Origin: Desulfobulbaceae bacterium DB1 | Lineage (GTDB): Bacteria; Desulfobacterota; Desulfobulbia; Desulfobulbales; SURF-16 | Assembly: GCA_001914235.1 (NCBI GenBank) | Contig: MQUF01000006.1 | Location: 203,234 to 267,233, forward strand | Direction of reading: 5' to 3' | Length of the DNA: 64,000 bases | In this document: in pieces, positions 1 to 9,174 of the stretch | How the letters are laid out: every line of letters begins with the position of its first letter | Position numbering within the stretch: position 1 is the first letter of the stretch | Program-made: the position numbers and the translations under genes | Notes under the pieces: generated by a model | What the model saw: only the letters and a program-made list of their open reading frames with translations | Told to the model about the DNA's origin: nothing | Databases searched by the model: none

Positions 1-864
1 TGTGATTGGAACATGGCCGAACTTCCGGCTGGTCTCCTCGATCCGCTTGGCATCGTAGGCTGCATCCATCAAATCGTAGAGATAGGTCACCTTTCCGCTG
101 GTCAACTTGATCAGCGGAATCGCTACCTGGCTGTCATGCAGCGAAGCAGAGGTTACAAGGGCACTGATTGGCAGGCCGATATCGTTGATGTCCAGATGCA
201 GCTTGAAACCGTTCCATGATATTTTGTACCCCTTGGCGTCCTTCTTGGTGCCACGATCACAGGCAACCGGCAACTCACCAATGGCTTCCTCGGCACTCTG
301 GCGGACCTGACGGTCAAGCCGCTTCTCGATGGCCGGCGTCCGTTGCTCGCCTTTGGCGGGACGCCCCCTCTTGCGAGGCTTCTTCGGCTCCCTGGCCACC
401 TTCTTCGCCGCTTTCTCACGTCCGGCAATGGCCGTGGAGTCCCGGCTGATGTGTCCGACAAGCTCTTCGCCAAGGTATTCCTTCACCAGTGCATCATGGA
501 CCCGCCCACCAAGACTGCCGGCGGCAAATTCGGCAAAGGCCCGCGACAAGGTAGGCTCCGACGGGATAGCATTGGAAGTGGCAAATCCGCATATCTGCCG
601 CAGATTCCCTGCTGATTGCAGAGCCCGACGCAGGTCGCTGGTCGTCGGATATCGGTAGAGCGCCTTTGCCACGAATGCTCGGGCGCAAGCCTGTCGGTCA
701 AGAGGCTTGCGCCCGGGATACTGATATCGACGTATGTTCCTTGGTACGTGTTGCTCAACCTGGATAATCTCCAGAATAGACACCAGGCGTTCCTCCTGCG
801 CGGTGAGCGGAGCTTGCAAACATTTGTTCAGATGGGGAAACAGACTTCTTTGGACATACCCCAT
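1..864 (-). CDS. IS4/IS5-superfamily DDE transposase (DDE_Tnp_1 type), 5' part; the gene runs off the left window edge
   Basis: My own reverse-strand translation is open from ATG at 864-862 to position 1. It is absent from the ORF track because it is truncated by the window. It reads MGYVQRSLFPHLNKCLQAPLTAQEERL...GHISRDSTAIAGREKAAKK...KGYKISWNGFKLHLDINDIGLPISALVTSASLHDSQVAIPLI...YDLMDAAYDA, which is typical of IS4-like transposases (DSTAI and KLH blocks). Confidence 0.8.
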   Translation of the reverse strand, partial: MGYVQRSLFPHLNKCLQAPLTAQEERLVSILEIIQVEQHVPRNIRRYQYPGRKPLDRQACARAFVAKALYRYPTTSDLRRALQSAGNLRQICGFATSNAIPSEPTLSRAFAEFAAGSLGGRVHDALVKEYLGEELVGHISRDSTAIAGREKAAKKVAREPKKPRKRGRPAKGEQRTPAIEKRLDRQVRQSAEEAIGELPVACDRGTKKDAKGYKISWNGFKLHLDINDIGLPISALVTSASLHDSQVAIPLIKLTSGKVTYLYDLMDAAYDAKRIEETSRKFGHVPIT

Positions 865-888
865 CAACCATGATATTTTGTCGGTGAG

Positions 889-953
889 CTTCACGGCGTT
901 CTCCTGTGTTCTGTTTTGCTGGTTACAAAACAATACCAGAAAACGCCGTGAAG
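889..953. repeat. 12-bp perfect inverted repeat (CTTCACGGCGTT ... AACGCCGTGAAG) just upstream of the transposase start; IS terminal or leader hairpin
   Basis: 889-900 and 942-953 are exact reverse complements. An inner CTGGT/ACCAG pair lies at about 919-939. Confidence 0.6.
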
Positions 954-1091
954 TTCAATTATTTCAATATGTTACGCGATAATATCTTTTGTGTGGCGCG
1001 TCTCGTCATTTTGAAAGAGGCTCATAAAGGAAATATGTCTTCACAATGAAAAGCCGAGTTGTAATAAAGTACCTGACGCAAGGAGGGAAAT

Positions 1092-1571
1092 ATGAGTAAA
1101 TCGCTTGTTGAGATGGCTGCGGACATTGTCAAGTCACAATGTGCCTGCACAAGTATGACGTCGGATGAGATCGGGCTGTCATTGCAGAACACCTTTACTT
1201 TGCTGCAATCCCTGCAGCAAACTGAATTGTCTGCTGATGCGGGTCAAGCAGAAGCGACCGGGGAGGAAAGCGTCCCTGTCGCGATTACGCCGGAAAAATC
1301 AATCCAGAAGAATAAAATAATCTGCCTTGAGTGCGGCCGGTCCTTCAAGCAGTTGTCGCCGAAACATCTTGCCGGGCATGGACTGACCGGCCGAGATTAT
1401 CGAAAGAAATACGGGTTTTCCCTCCGTCAGCCTCTTTGTGCAAAGGCGCTGTCGGAACGCCGTAAAAAGGCCGGCAAGGAGCGCGGTGTTCCGGAGAATC
1501 TTTTAAAGGCCATCGCCGAGCGGAAAAAGAAGGGCGGCGCGAAACAGAAATCGGCGAAGAAGACGAAGTAA
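1092..1571 (+). CDS. mucR: MucR/Ros family zinc-finger transcriptional regulator
   Basis: 159 aa. The C-terminal half reads KIICLECGRSFKQLSPKHLAGHGLTGRDYRKKYGF, a ROS/MUCR signature, followed by a basic tail. An AGGAGG Shine-Dalgarno (SD) site precedes the ATG. Confidence 0.85.
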   Translation: MSKSLVEMAADIVKSQCACTSMTSDEIGLSLQNTFTLLQSLQQTELSADAGQAEATGEESVPVAITPEKSIQKNKIICLECGRSFKQLSPKHLAGHGLTGRDYRKKYGFSLRQPLCAKALSERRKKAGKERGVPENLLKAIAERKKKGGAKQKSAKKTK

Positions 1572-1611
1572 AAAACGATTTTATTTTACTTCTTTCAATC
1601 CGTCTTGTAAT

Positions 1612-1650
1612 AAAAAGCACGCAGGGAATGGATCTTTGCGTGCTTTTTTT
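1612..1650 (+). terminator. Rho-independent terminator after mucR
   Basis: Stem AGCACGCA (1616-1623) pairs with TGCGTGCT (1637-1644) and is followed by a T-run at 1644-1650. Confidence 0.75.
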
Positions 1651-1661
1651 ATGTTGATTTA

Positions 1662-2474
1662 TTGTGTCAGGCGTCGGAAGTGATAGGTATCTTTGATTCA
1701 GGTGTCGGCGGAATGACGGTGGCCAAAGCCATTGAACAACTGCTGCCCCAAAAAAATATAGTCTATTTCGGGGATCTTGCCAGGACTCCCTATGGTTCGA
1801 AAAGTCCGGAAACCATCCGGAAATATTCACGCCAGAATACCGAGTTGCTGCTCGATAAAGGGGCAAAAATCATTGTCATCGCCTGTAATTCCGCGGCAAG
1901 TGTGGCCTCGGACCTGCTGGCCGGCGAGTTCAGCGCCCCGGTTTTTGAGGTTATCACTCCGGCCATCCATCGGGCCATCAATCTGTCGAAAAACGGACGG
2001 ATAGGGGTGATAGGCACCAGGGCAACGATTAAAAGCAACATCTATGAGTCGAAAATCCGGCAAATCCGGCCGGATGCGGCGGTGCTCTCCCAGCCCTGTC
2101 CCCTGCTGGTTCCCTTGGTGGAAGAAGGGTGGCTGGACAAGCGGGAAACCAAGATGATCATCCGTCGTTATCTGCATCCGTTGAAGCATAAAGGTGTTGA
2201 TACCCTGGTGCTGGGATGTACCCATTACCCGCTGCTCAAGCATCTTATCGGGCCGCGGATCGGCAACGGGGTCAATGTGATTGATTCTTCCACTGCTGTC
2301 GCCTGGGTGGTAAAGCAGTATCTTGTTGATCACCCCGAGATGGACAGTCAGTTGACCAACGGCGGAGAGCGCTTTTATTATGTTTCGGATGTCACCGATG
2401 CGGCTCAGAAGACCGCCCAGCGGATTTTCGGCAGAAAAGTAGAACTTATTCAGGTTGATATGGAAGGAAGTTGA
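1662..2474 (+). CDS. murI: Glutamate racemase
   Basis: GIFDSGVGGMTV, ACNSAAS and GCTHYPLL motifs. The true start may be GTG at 1680 (MIGIFDSG...). Confidence 0.92.
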   Translation: MCQASEVIGIFDSGVGGMTVAKAIEQLLPQKNIVYFGDLARTPYGSKSPETIRKYSRQNTELLLDKGAKIIVIACNSAASVASDLLAGEFSAPVFEVITPAIHRAINLSKNGRIGVIGTRATIKSNIYESKIRQIRPDAAVLSQPCPLLVPLVEEGWLDKRETKMIIRRYLHPLKHKGVDTLVLGCTHYPLLKHLIGPRIGNGVNVIDSSTAVAWVVKQYLVDHPEMDSQLTNGGERFYYVSDVTDAAQKTAQRIFGRKVELIQVDMEGS

Positions 2475-2475
2475 A

Positions 2476-3135
2476 ATGAAAAAAATGTTACTTTTGCTGC
2501 AGATGCTCCTTATTCTCTTTTTTTCCGTTGTCGGTCACTGCGATGACTTGACCCCGACTGCCGTTGCCACGAAGATTCAGGAAAAATACGAGAGGACAAA
2601 TGCTTTTAAAGCCGATTTTTTGCAAACATCAAATATAAGCGGCATGCAGCATCGCGAGCGGCAGGGCAGCGGCACAATGGCGATCCAGAAACCGGCTTTG
2701 CTTCGTTGGGATTATTCATCTCCGGACATCCAGGTGCTGGTAAGCGATGGAGAGAATTTCTCCCTTTATTTCGCCTCGGAAAAACAGATGATTGTCACCC
2801 CTGCCAAAGAGTATTTGCAGGAGGATGTGACCTATAGCTTCTTTTCCGGGACCGGCAACCTGCTGCGGGATTTTGACGTGACGGACGCACCCGGTTTTCT
2901 CGACCAGGAAGGCAGCCACGTGATCGCCCTCAAGCCGAAAAATCCGCATCCCCAGGTGGAGATCATGTATGTCTGGGTGGATAAGGACACTTTTCTCATC
3001 AACCATCTGCAGATTCAGGATCATCTGGGCAGTTTGACCGATCTTGTTTTTTTCAATCCGGTGGTTGATAAACCGTTTCCGGTCGAACATTTCCATTTTA
3101 CCCCCCCTGAAGGAACGGAAATAATCAGGCAATAG
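2476..3135 (+). CDS. lolA: Outer-membrane lipoprotein carrier LolA-like protein
   Basis: Signal peptide MKKMLLLLQMLLILFF, then FKADFLQTS...GTMAIQKPALLRWDYSSPDIQVLVSDGENFSLYF, a LolA-family pattern. I chose the start at the internal Met of track ORF 2455..3135. Confidence 0.8.
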   Translation: MKKMLLLLQMLLILFFSVVGHCDDLTPTAVATKIQEKYERTNAFKADFLQTSNISGMQHRERQGSGTMAIQKPALLRWDYSSPDIQVLVSDGENFSLYFASEKQMIVTPAKEYLQEDVTYSFFSGTGNLLRDFDVTDAPGFLDQEGSHVIALKPKNPHPQVEIMYVWVDKDTFLINHLQIQDHLGSLTDLVFFNPVVDKPFPVEHFHFTPPEGTEIIRQ

Positions 3136-3226
3136 CCTTTTTGTTTTTTTTCAATGACCGGTTTATGGTTTGCGGAGGATGGTTTGCTGTTGACCTGAAA
3201 CCGGAACCGGAACTCAAAGCAGTCGA

Positions 3227-5035
3227 ATGACACCATCATCTCCTTTCCATGTGGCGCTTGTCTCCATGCCGTGGGCCATTTTTAACCGGCCTTCCATCCA
3301 GCTCGGTACCCTGAAAAGTTATCTGGAGGGAAAAGCGGACGGTATCAAGGTGCGTTCGCTGCATCCGTATCTTGCAGTGGCAAAAGATCTCGGCAAGGAT
3401 CTTTATCACGCGATTTCCGCCAATGTCTGGGTCTGCGAGGCGCTTTACGCGGCACTTCTCTTTCCGGAACAGCGCGGTCGGGCCAAGGAGCTGGCGGAAA
3501 AAGAGTTTCAGTCCGACAACCGGACGCTTCCTTTTGATTTTGATGCTGTCTGTGCGCAACTGGACAAAAACCTGAAAATGTGGGCGGCAGGCGTTGACTG
3601 GCGGGACATTGATCTGGTCGGTTTTTCCGTTTGTTTCAATCAGCTCTTTGCCACTCTTGTTGCGGTTCGGGAATTGAAAGAAAGACGTCCCGGCCTGGTG
3701 ATCGTGCTTGGCGGCTCTTCCTGTCATGATGATGTTGCAGGCGCCCTTTTCCGCTCTTTTGATGTTGATTACATGATCAGCGGCGAAGGGGAGGAACCGT
3801 TTCTTTCGCTGTGCCGATATCTGGCCGGGCTGGACAAAAGGCTGCACGCGCGGGTGCATCATGCCGGTCCTCCTGCCCAACCTTCACCGGCGCCGGCGGA
3901 CGGGCAGGTCAATTTGACCGAACTTGCTGTTCCTGATTATGATGACTATTTTCGGGAAATGGAAAATTTGTTCAGCCGCAATACCTTCATCCCTGTTCTG
4001 CCGATTGAATTTTCCCGTGGATGCTGGTGGCGGCGATGTACTTTCTGCAATCTGAATCTGCAGTGGCGCGGCTATCGTTTCAAAAAGGCGGAAAAGATGG
4101 CACGCGAGGTGCTGTTGCTGGCCAACCGCTATAAAACCCTGGACTTTACCTTCACGGATAACGCGCTGCCGCTCAAGGATGCAGCCACCTTTTTTACGAC
4201 GATGGCGCGGTCCGCCCATGACTACCGTTTCTTTGCGGAAATTCGGGCGGATTATCGAGGGACGATGCTCGCCCAAAGCCGACAAGGCGGCCTTGCTGCC
4301 GTCCAGGTGGGGATTGAATCCTTCAGCAACTCGTTGCTGCAGAAATTTGCCAAAGGGGTCACGGTGATCGAAAATCTGGCGATCATGCGTGATGCGGCGG
4401 CCGGCGGCGTCGTGCTTGACGGCAATCTGATCGTTGAATTTCCGGGAAGCACCTCGGCCGAGGTCGAGGAGACACTGACGGTCCTTGATTTTGCTTTTCC
4501 TTTTCACCCCCTCTCCACCGCCTCTTTTTTCCTCGGCCACGGCAGTCCCGTGGATTGCCGGGCCAGGGATTACGGAATTTCGGCAAAAACGGTGCATCCC
4601 CATTTTGCGGCCATGCTGCCCGCGGAGATTGCCGCGGATTTCCCTTTTCTCATCAAGGGATACCGGGGGGATCGACAAAAACAGCGCAGGATGTGGCAGC
4701 CGGTGGTGGACAAGGTTCGCCGGTGGCGCGCCTTTCATGAAAAAAAAACAGGCGGCGGGAACCCTTTTCTTTCATATCGCGATGGTGGTGATTTTCTCAT
4801 TATCCGTCAGGTGCTGCCGGCAGGAGATGTTCTGCATCATCGGCTGCAAGGCCTGTCCCGCGAAATATATCGCGCCTGTAATGATATTATCGACCCGGCC
4901 TCCCTTGCCCGGATGTTTCCGTCATTGAGCGTGAAACAGATTGAGAACTTTTTAAATGACCTTGTCGCCAAGCGGCTCGTCTTCCGTGAAGGTGACAGAT
5001 TTCTCGCCCTGGCGGTCAGGGATGGGAAAAATTGA
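3227..5035 (+). CDS. B12-binding-domain radical SAM protein (resembles RiPP-maturation C-methyltransferase-type rSAM)
   Basis: The N-terminus reads HVALVSMPWAIFNRPSIQLGTLKSYL (B12-binding rSAM N-domain style). The cluster motif is FSRGCWWRRCTFCNL. 602 aa. Confidence 0.75.
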   Translation: MTPSSPFHVALVSMPWAIFNRPSIQLGTLKSYLEGKADGIKVRSLHPYLAVAKDLGKDLYHAISANVWVCEALYAALLFPEQRGRAKELAEKEFQSDNRTLPFDFDAVCAQLDKNLKMWAAGVDWRDIDLVGFSVCFNQLFATLVAVRELKERRPGLVIVLGGSSCHDDVAGALFRSFDVDYMISGEGEEPFLSLCRYLAGLDKRLHARVHHAGPPAQPSPAPADGQVNLTELAVPDYDDYFREMENLFSRNTFIPVLPIEFSRGCWWRRCTFCNLNLQWRGYRFKKAEKMAREVLLLANRYKTLDFTFTDNALPLKDAATFFTTMARSAHDYRFFAEIRADYRGTMLAQSRQGGLAAVQVGIESFSNSLLQKFAKGVTVIENLAIMRDAAAGGVVLDGNLIVEFPGSTSAEVEETLTVLDFAFPFHPLSTASFFLGHGSPVDCRARDYGISAKTVHPHFAAMLPAEIAADFPFLIKGYRGDRQKQRRMWQPVVDKVRRWRAFHEKKTGGGNPFLSYRDGGDFLIIRQVLPAGDVLHHRLQGLSREIYRACNDIIDPASLARMFPSLSVKQIENFLNDLVAKRLVFREGDRFLALAVRDGKN

Positions 5036-5059
5036 TGTTGCGTCCCAGACAAATGGCTG

Positions 5060-5614
5060 TTGCCTGATTGGATAAAGAATATGGATACCTTTGATAAACA
5101 GACGATGCTTGTTGTCGGCGGCTGCCGCAGCGGCAAGAGCCGCTTTGCGGAACAATGGGCCACCGAGCGTTTCGCCAGAAAAATCTATGTGGCCACCATG
5201 GTTATCGGCGATGACAAGGAAATGGCGAAACGGGTGCGGATACATCGTCGGGACCGTGGGGAAAACTGGCGGACCATCGAGGAATCGAGTAATCTGCCGT
5301 CCGTGTTGCGTGACCTTTGCCGTGAAACGGATGTATTCCTCATCGATTGTCTCACCCTGTGGCTGACCAATCTTCTGTTGGATGAGAACACCGATGAGGC
5401 CATTTCCGGCAAGGTGAAGGAGCTGATCCAGGCCCTGGAGGAGTGCCCGATATCGGTGGTGCTGGTCGCCAATGAGGTGGGGATGGGAATTGTGCCTGAA
5501 TCGTCCCTTGCCCGGCGTTTCCGGGATCTTGCCGGCTGGTGCAACCAGCAGATCGGCGCCCGCTGTGACAAGGTTGTTTTCATGGCGGCCGGATTGCCGC
5601 TTACTTTGAAATAA
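5060..5614 (+). CDS. cobU: Adenosylcobinamide kinase / adenosylcobinamide-phosphate guanylyltransferase
   Basis: P-loop GGCRSGKSRFAE, plus IHRRDRGENWRTIE and LIDCLTLWLTNLL. The start could also be Met at 5081. Confidence 0.9.
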   Translation: MPDWIKNMDTFDKQTMLVVGGCRSGKSRFAEQWATERFARKIYVATMVIGDDKEMAKRVRIHRRDRGENWRTIEESSNLPSVLRDLCRETDVFLIDCLTLWLTNLLLDENTDEAISGKVKELIQALEECPISVVLVANEVGMGIVPESSLARRFRDLAGWCNQQIGARCDKVVFMAAGLPLTLK

Positions 5615-5624
5615 GGGAGGAACA

Positions 5625-6689
5625 ATGAGCAAGCATGGGGGCAATATAGTTGCCGTTGCCAAAGAGCTCGGTTGCCGGGTAGTCGACCTGATCGATATGA
5701 GCAGCAACCTGACACCCTTGGGTATGGCTCCCGGACTCAGACAGGTTCTTGAACAGGGGCTGTCGCAGATAGCCTATCTGCCCGAAACGGAAAGTGAAAC
5801 CCTGCGCAATATTTTTGCCGCAAGATTCGGCCTGGCTGAAAACGAGGTTCTGGTCGGCAACGGAACCACCGAGTTTATCTTTGCCTTGCCGTGGGCCTTT
5901 ACGGGCCGGCGGGCGGTGATCGTCAATCCGACCTATTCCGATTATCAGCTGGCCTGTTCATGGGCCGGTGTCGAGGTGGTCGATTTCATGCTCGACCGTG
6001 ACCGGGATTTTCAGCTTGATCTGCACCGGCTTTCGTCGCAACTCCGAGGCGGGGAGCTGGTCTTTCTCTGCAACCCCAACAATCCCACCGGCGTACTGAC
6101 ACCAAACCGTGAGCTGCATGATTTTATCGTCAACCATCCGCAAACGTTTTTTCTGGTGGATGAATCCTATCTGCCGTTTACCCGGGATATATCGCAGCTC
6201 ACCCTTGAGCTGCCCGGCAATCTTTTTGTTCTCTTTTCTTCTTCCAAGATATATGGTATTCCAGGGCTCCGGCTCGGTTTTCTGGTTTCCCGCGCCGCCA
6301 ACCTGAAAAAACTCGGCGAGCGCCGCAAACCATGGGGGGTCAACCGGATCGCCCAGTTGGCGGGGGAGTTTCTCCTCACCCATGGTGAGGTTTATGCGGA
6401 GCAGGTACGCGCGTTTCTTGAAAAGGAGCGCCCCTGGTTTGTCGACCGATTGGCGAAAATTCCCGGAATCGAGGTTATTCCCGGCAACGCCAATTTCATC
6501 CTCATCCGACTGCACGGACAGATGACGGCACGGCAACTGCGGGATAAAATGCTGGTTCGAAGAATCATGATTCGTAACTGCGATAATTTCGAAGGGCTTG
6601 ACGATACGTTTTTCCGCATCTGCCTGAAGGAGCGCAAGGAAAACGAGGCATGCATCAGGGCCTTGTCCGACATAGTTGCCGAAAGGTAA
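5625..6689 (+). CDS. cobD: Threonine-phosphate decarboxylase (class I/II aminotransferase fold)
   Basis: MSKHGGN start, CNPNNPTG, and SSSKIYGIPGLRLG (PLP lysine region). It sits next to cobU. Confidence 0.8.
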   Translation: MSKHGGNIVAVAKELGCRVVDLIDMSSNLTPLGMAPGLRQVLEQGLSQIAYLPETESETLRNIFAARFGLAENEVLVGNGTTEFIFALPWAFTGRRAVIVNPTYSDYQLACSWAGVEVVDFMLDRDRDFQLDLHRLSSQLRGGELVFLCNPNNPTGVLTPNRELHDFIVNHPQTFFLVDESYLPFTRDISQLTLELPGNLFVLFSSSKIYGIPGLRLGFLVSRAANLKKLGERRKPWGVNRIAQLAGEFLLTHGEVYAEQVRAFLEKERPWFVDRLAKIPGIEVIPGNANFILIRLHGQMTARQLRDKMLVRRIMIRNCDNFEGLDDTFFRICLKERKENEACIRALSDIVAER

Positions 6690-6720
6690 AAAAAAGAATT
6701 ATTTTCAGTAAATAACAACA

Positions 6721-7236
6721 ATGAGAATAGCGATCATTTCGGATACACACGATCAGGTGGCCAACCTGCGGGCAGCGGTCACATATTGCAATGCCTATAA
6801 TGTCCAATTGCTCATCCACTGCGGGGATCTGATTTCGCCGTTCATGCTTGATGAGCTGGCCTGCTTTGCCGGTGCGGTGCATTTGATTTACGGCAATAAT
6901 GTCGGCGATCAGCATCTGATCTCCCAGTCCTGCGGCACCAGATTCCCCTCCATCAGTCATCACGGGGTGCTGGGAGCCGTTGAAGCGGGAGGGCTTAAAA
7001 TCGCCTTCCACCATTATCCCCAGGTTGCCCGCGGCCTTGCCCACCAGGGTCTTTTTGACGTGGTATGCTGCGGCCATAATCATCGTTACGGGGTGGAAGA
7101 AATAGGCACGACATTGCTGATAAATCCAGGGGATATGCTCGGCAAGGAAAATCAGCCGTGTTTTGTAATTTTTGAAAGCTCATCCCGCACCGTGGAAAAG
7201 GTGGAGGTGGGCACGAAAATGAAGTTCGGAAACTAA
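6721..7236 (+). CDS. YfcE/MJ0936-family metallophosphoesterase
   Basis: MRIAIISDTHD, HCGD, GNNVGD and GHNH motifs. 171 aa. Confidence 0.85.
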   Translation: MRIAIISDTHDQVANLRAAVTYCNAYNVQLLIHCGDLISPFMLDELACFAGAVHLIYGNNVGDQHLISQSCGTRFPSISHHGVLGAVEAGGLKIAFHHYPQVARGLAHQGLFDVVCCGHNHRYGVEEIGTTLLINPGDMLGKENQPCFVIFESSSRTVEKVEVGTKMKFGN

Positions 7237-7301
7237 TGTCACGCACCATTGGGAAAGAAGTTTTTTTATAAGCCGGAAAAAACATTGAACAGGACAAATG
7301 C

Positions 7302-8522
7302 ATGCAGAACCAGAAGAACGACAATGAGATGAGCTTTGCCGAGATGTTCCAGGATAACGAGACCGTTGTGGAACATCTTGTTCCCGGCCAGAAGGTGAAG
7401 GCGGAAATCGTTCGCATCAGCAAGGAATGGGTTTTTCTTGATCTCGGCGGCAAAAGCGAGGGATCGCTCGCCCTGGCGGAACTGCTTGGCACGGAAGGAG
7501 AGCCGACGGTCAAGGAAGGCGATTCCATTGAGGTTTATTTTCTTGGGGTGCAGCGCAATGAGAAAATTTTCACCACAAAAATAGGCGGTTCCGCGGCCAG
7601 TGCCCATCTGGAGGAGGCGTACCGCAGCGGTATCCCGGTTGAGGGAACCGTTCAGAAGGAAATCAAGGGGGGCTTTGAAGTGAAAATCGGGGCCATCCGC
7701 GCCTTCTGCCCCTTTTCTCAGATGGGGCTGCATAAAATAACAAATAATGAGGAATACATCGGCCGTCAGTTGCCTTTCCGCATTGTTGAATACAAGGAAA
7801 ACGGCAGGAATATCATCGTTTCCCACCGTAAAATCATGGAGGAGGAACGTCTCCGGCAGAAAGAAGCCCTGCGGGAAAGTCTTGAAGTCGGCCGGATCGT
7901 CGATGGAACCATCACCTCCATCCGTGATTTTGGCGCATTTGTCGATATCGGCGGTATTGAAGGACTTATTCCGGTTTCCGAGATGGCCTACGGCAGGGTT
8001 GAGGACGTTCATTCCGTGGTGGAAAAAGGTCAGAAGGTACAGGTTGCCGTCAAGAAACTTGACTGGGAAAACGACCGTTATTCTTTTTCCCTGCGGGAAA
8101 CCATGCCCGATCCCTGGGAAGCGGCCAATCTTCAGGAAGGCAGCACCATGACAGGCGTTGTCTCGCGTCTGGTGGATTTCGGCGCCTTTGTTACCCTGGC
8201 GCCCGGCATTGACGGCCTGGTTCATATTTCCAATCTCGGCGGCGGACGCCGGATTAATCATCCCCGTGAGGTGGTGCAGAAAGGACAAAGCCTGGAAGTG
8301 CGCATAGACTCCCTTGACCGGGAGCAGAAACGGGTTTCCCTTTCCCTGCCCCAGTCGCAGGAAGAAGAGCAGAAGGTTGAGGAAAGGAAAAAAGGACGAA
8401 AGTCTGAGCGCCGGGATGACATGCGTGATGAATTCCATCGTTTTCAAGAGACATCGAAAGACAAGAAAGGGTCCGCAATGGGGACTTTTGGGGATCTGTT
8501 GAAGGGAAAGCTTGATGAATAA
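7302..8522 (+). CDS. S1 RNA-binding domain protein (four S1 repeats, acidic/basic tail); ribosomal protein S1 paralog
   Basis: Repeated blocks of the form G..V.G.V..I...GAFV.LG.G.EGL.H.SE. The C-terminus is a Lys/Glu-rich tail. 406 aa. Confidence 0.8.
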   Translation: MQNQKNDNEMSFAEMFQDNETVVEHLVPGQKVKAEIVRISKEWVFLDLGGKSEGSLALAELLGTEGEPTVKEGDSIEVYFLGVQRNEKIFTTKIGGSAASAHLEEAYRSGIPVEGTVQKEIKGGFEVKIGAIRAFCPFSQMGLHKITNNEEYIGRQLPFRIVEYKENGRNIIVSHRKIMEEERLRQKEALRESLEVGRIVDGTITSIRDFGAFVDIGGIEGLIPVSEMAYGRVEDVHSVVEKGQKVQVAVKKLDWENDRYSFSLRETMPDPWEAANLQEGSTMTGVVSRLVDFGAFVTLAPGIDGLVHISNLGGGRRINHPREVVQKGQSLEVRIDSLDREQKRVSLSLPQSQEEEQKVEERKKGRKSERRDDMRDEFHRFQETSKDKKGSAMGTFGDLLKGKLDE

Positions 8523-8576
8523 GTATGGTTCCAGTCCGGAAGCCGCCGAAGGCAGAGGGCAGATGAAAGTCAACCA

Positions 8577-9170
8577 ATGAAAGTCAAAAAAAAAATCCTC
8601 CTCGTTGATGACGAAGAACTTATTTTAAGCAGTCTTTGCATGGACCTTGAAGGCGCTGGGTACGATGTCACCATGGCGGCCAACGGGGAGGAGGGGATAG
8701 ATGCGCTCAGAAAAAATTACTTCAATCTGCTGATTACCGATCTGGCGATGGAGGGCATTGACGGACTTGAAGTTCTGAAGGCGGCCAAGGAAATTGACCC
8801 TGAAATCGCCGTCATCATCCTCACCGGTTACGGCGAGGTGTCATCGGCAATCGAGGCGTTACGGCTCGGAGCCTCTGATTATCTGCTGAAGCCCTGCGGC
8901 AGTGATGAACTGCAGGTGCGGATTGAAAAATGTCTTGAACTGCAGGACATGGCCAGGAAAATAAAGATTTATGAAAAAATTCTGCCGATCTGCGAGGATT
9001 GCAGGAAAGTCTGTAACGATTTGACGGGAACAGGCAAAAAGACGGAATGGATTGCCCTGGACCAGTTCATAAGCAAAAAAACGGGTCTCGGTATCAGTCA
9101 CGGATACTGTCCCGAATGTTTCATGGAGGCCATGAAAGAAATCGAGCTGGCCAGAAAAAAGAAGAAATAA
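8577..9170 (+). CDS. CheY-like response regulator with a C-terminal Cys-rich (CxxC...CPxC) domain
   Basis: Receiver motifs ILLVDDEE, LLITDLAM and YLLKP. The C-terminus reads LPICEDCRKVCND...WIALDQFISKKTGLGISHGYCPECFMEAMKE. Confidence 0.85.
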   Translation: MKVKKKILLVDDEELILSSLCMDLEGAGYDVTMAANGEEGIDALRKNYFNLLITDLAMEGIDGLEVLKAAKEIDPEIAVIILTGYGEVSSAIEALRLGASDYLLKPCGSDELQVRIEKCLELQDMARKIKIYEKILPICEDCRKVCNDLTGTGKKTEWIALDQFISKKTGLGISHGYCPECFMEAMKEIELARKKKK

Positions 9171-9174
9171 TTTT

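Noticed and set aside
3136-3226. A cobalamin riboswitch upstream of the B12-rSAM/cobU/cobD genes.
   Set aside because: The gap is only about 90 nt, too short for a cobalamin riboswitch, and I could not see the B12-box consensus.
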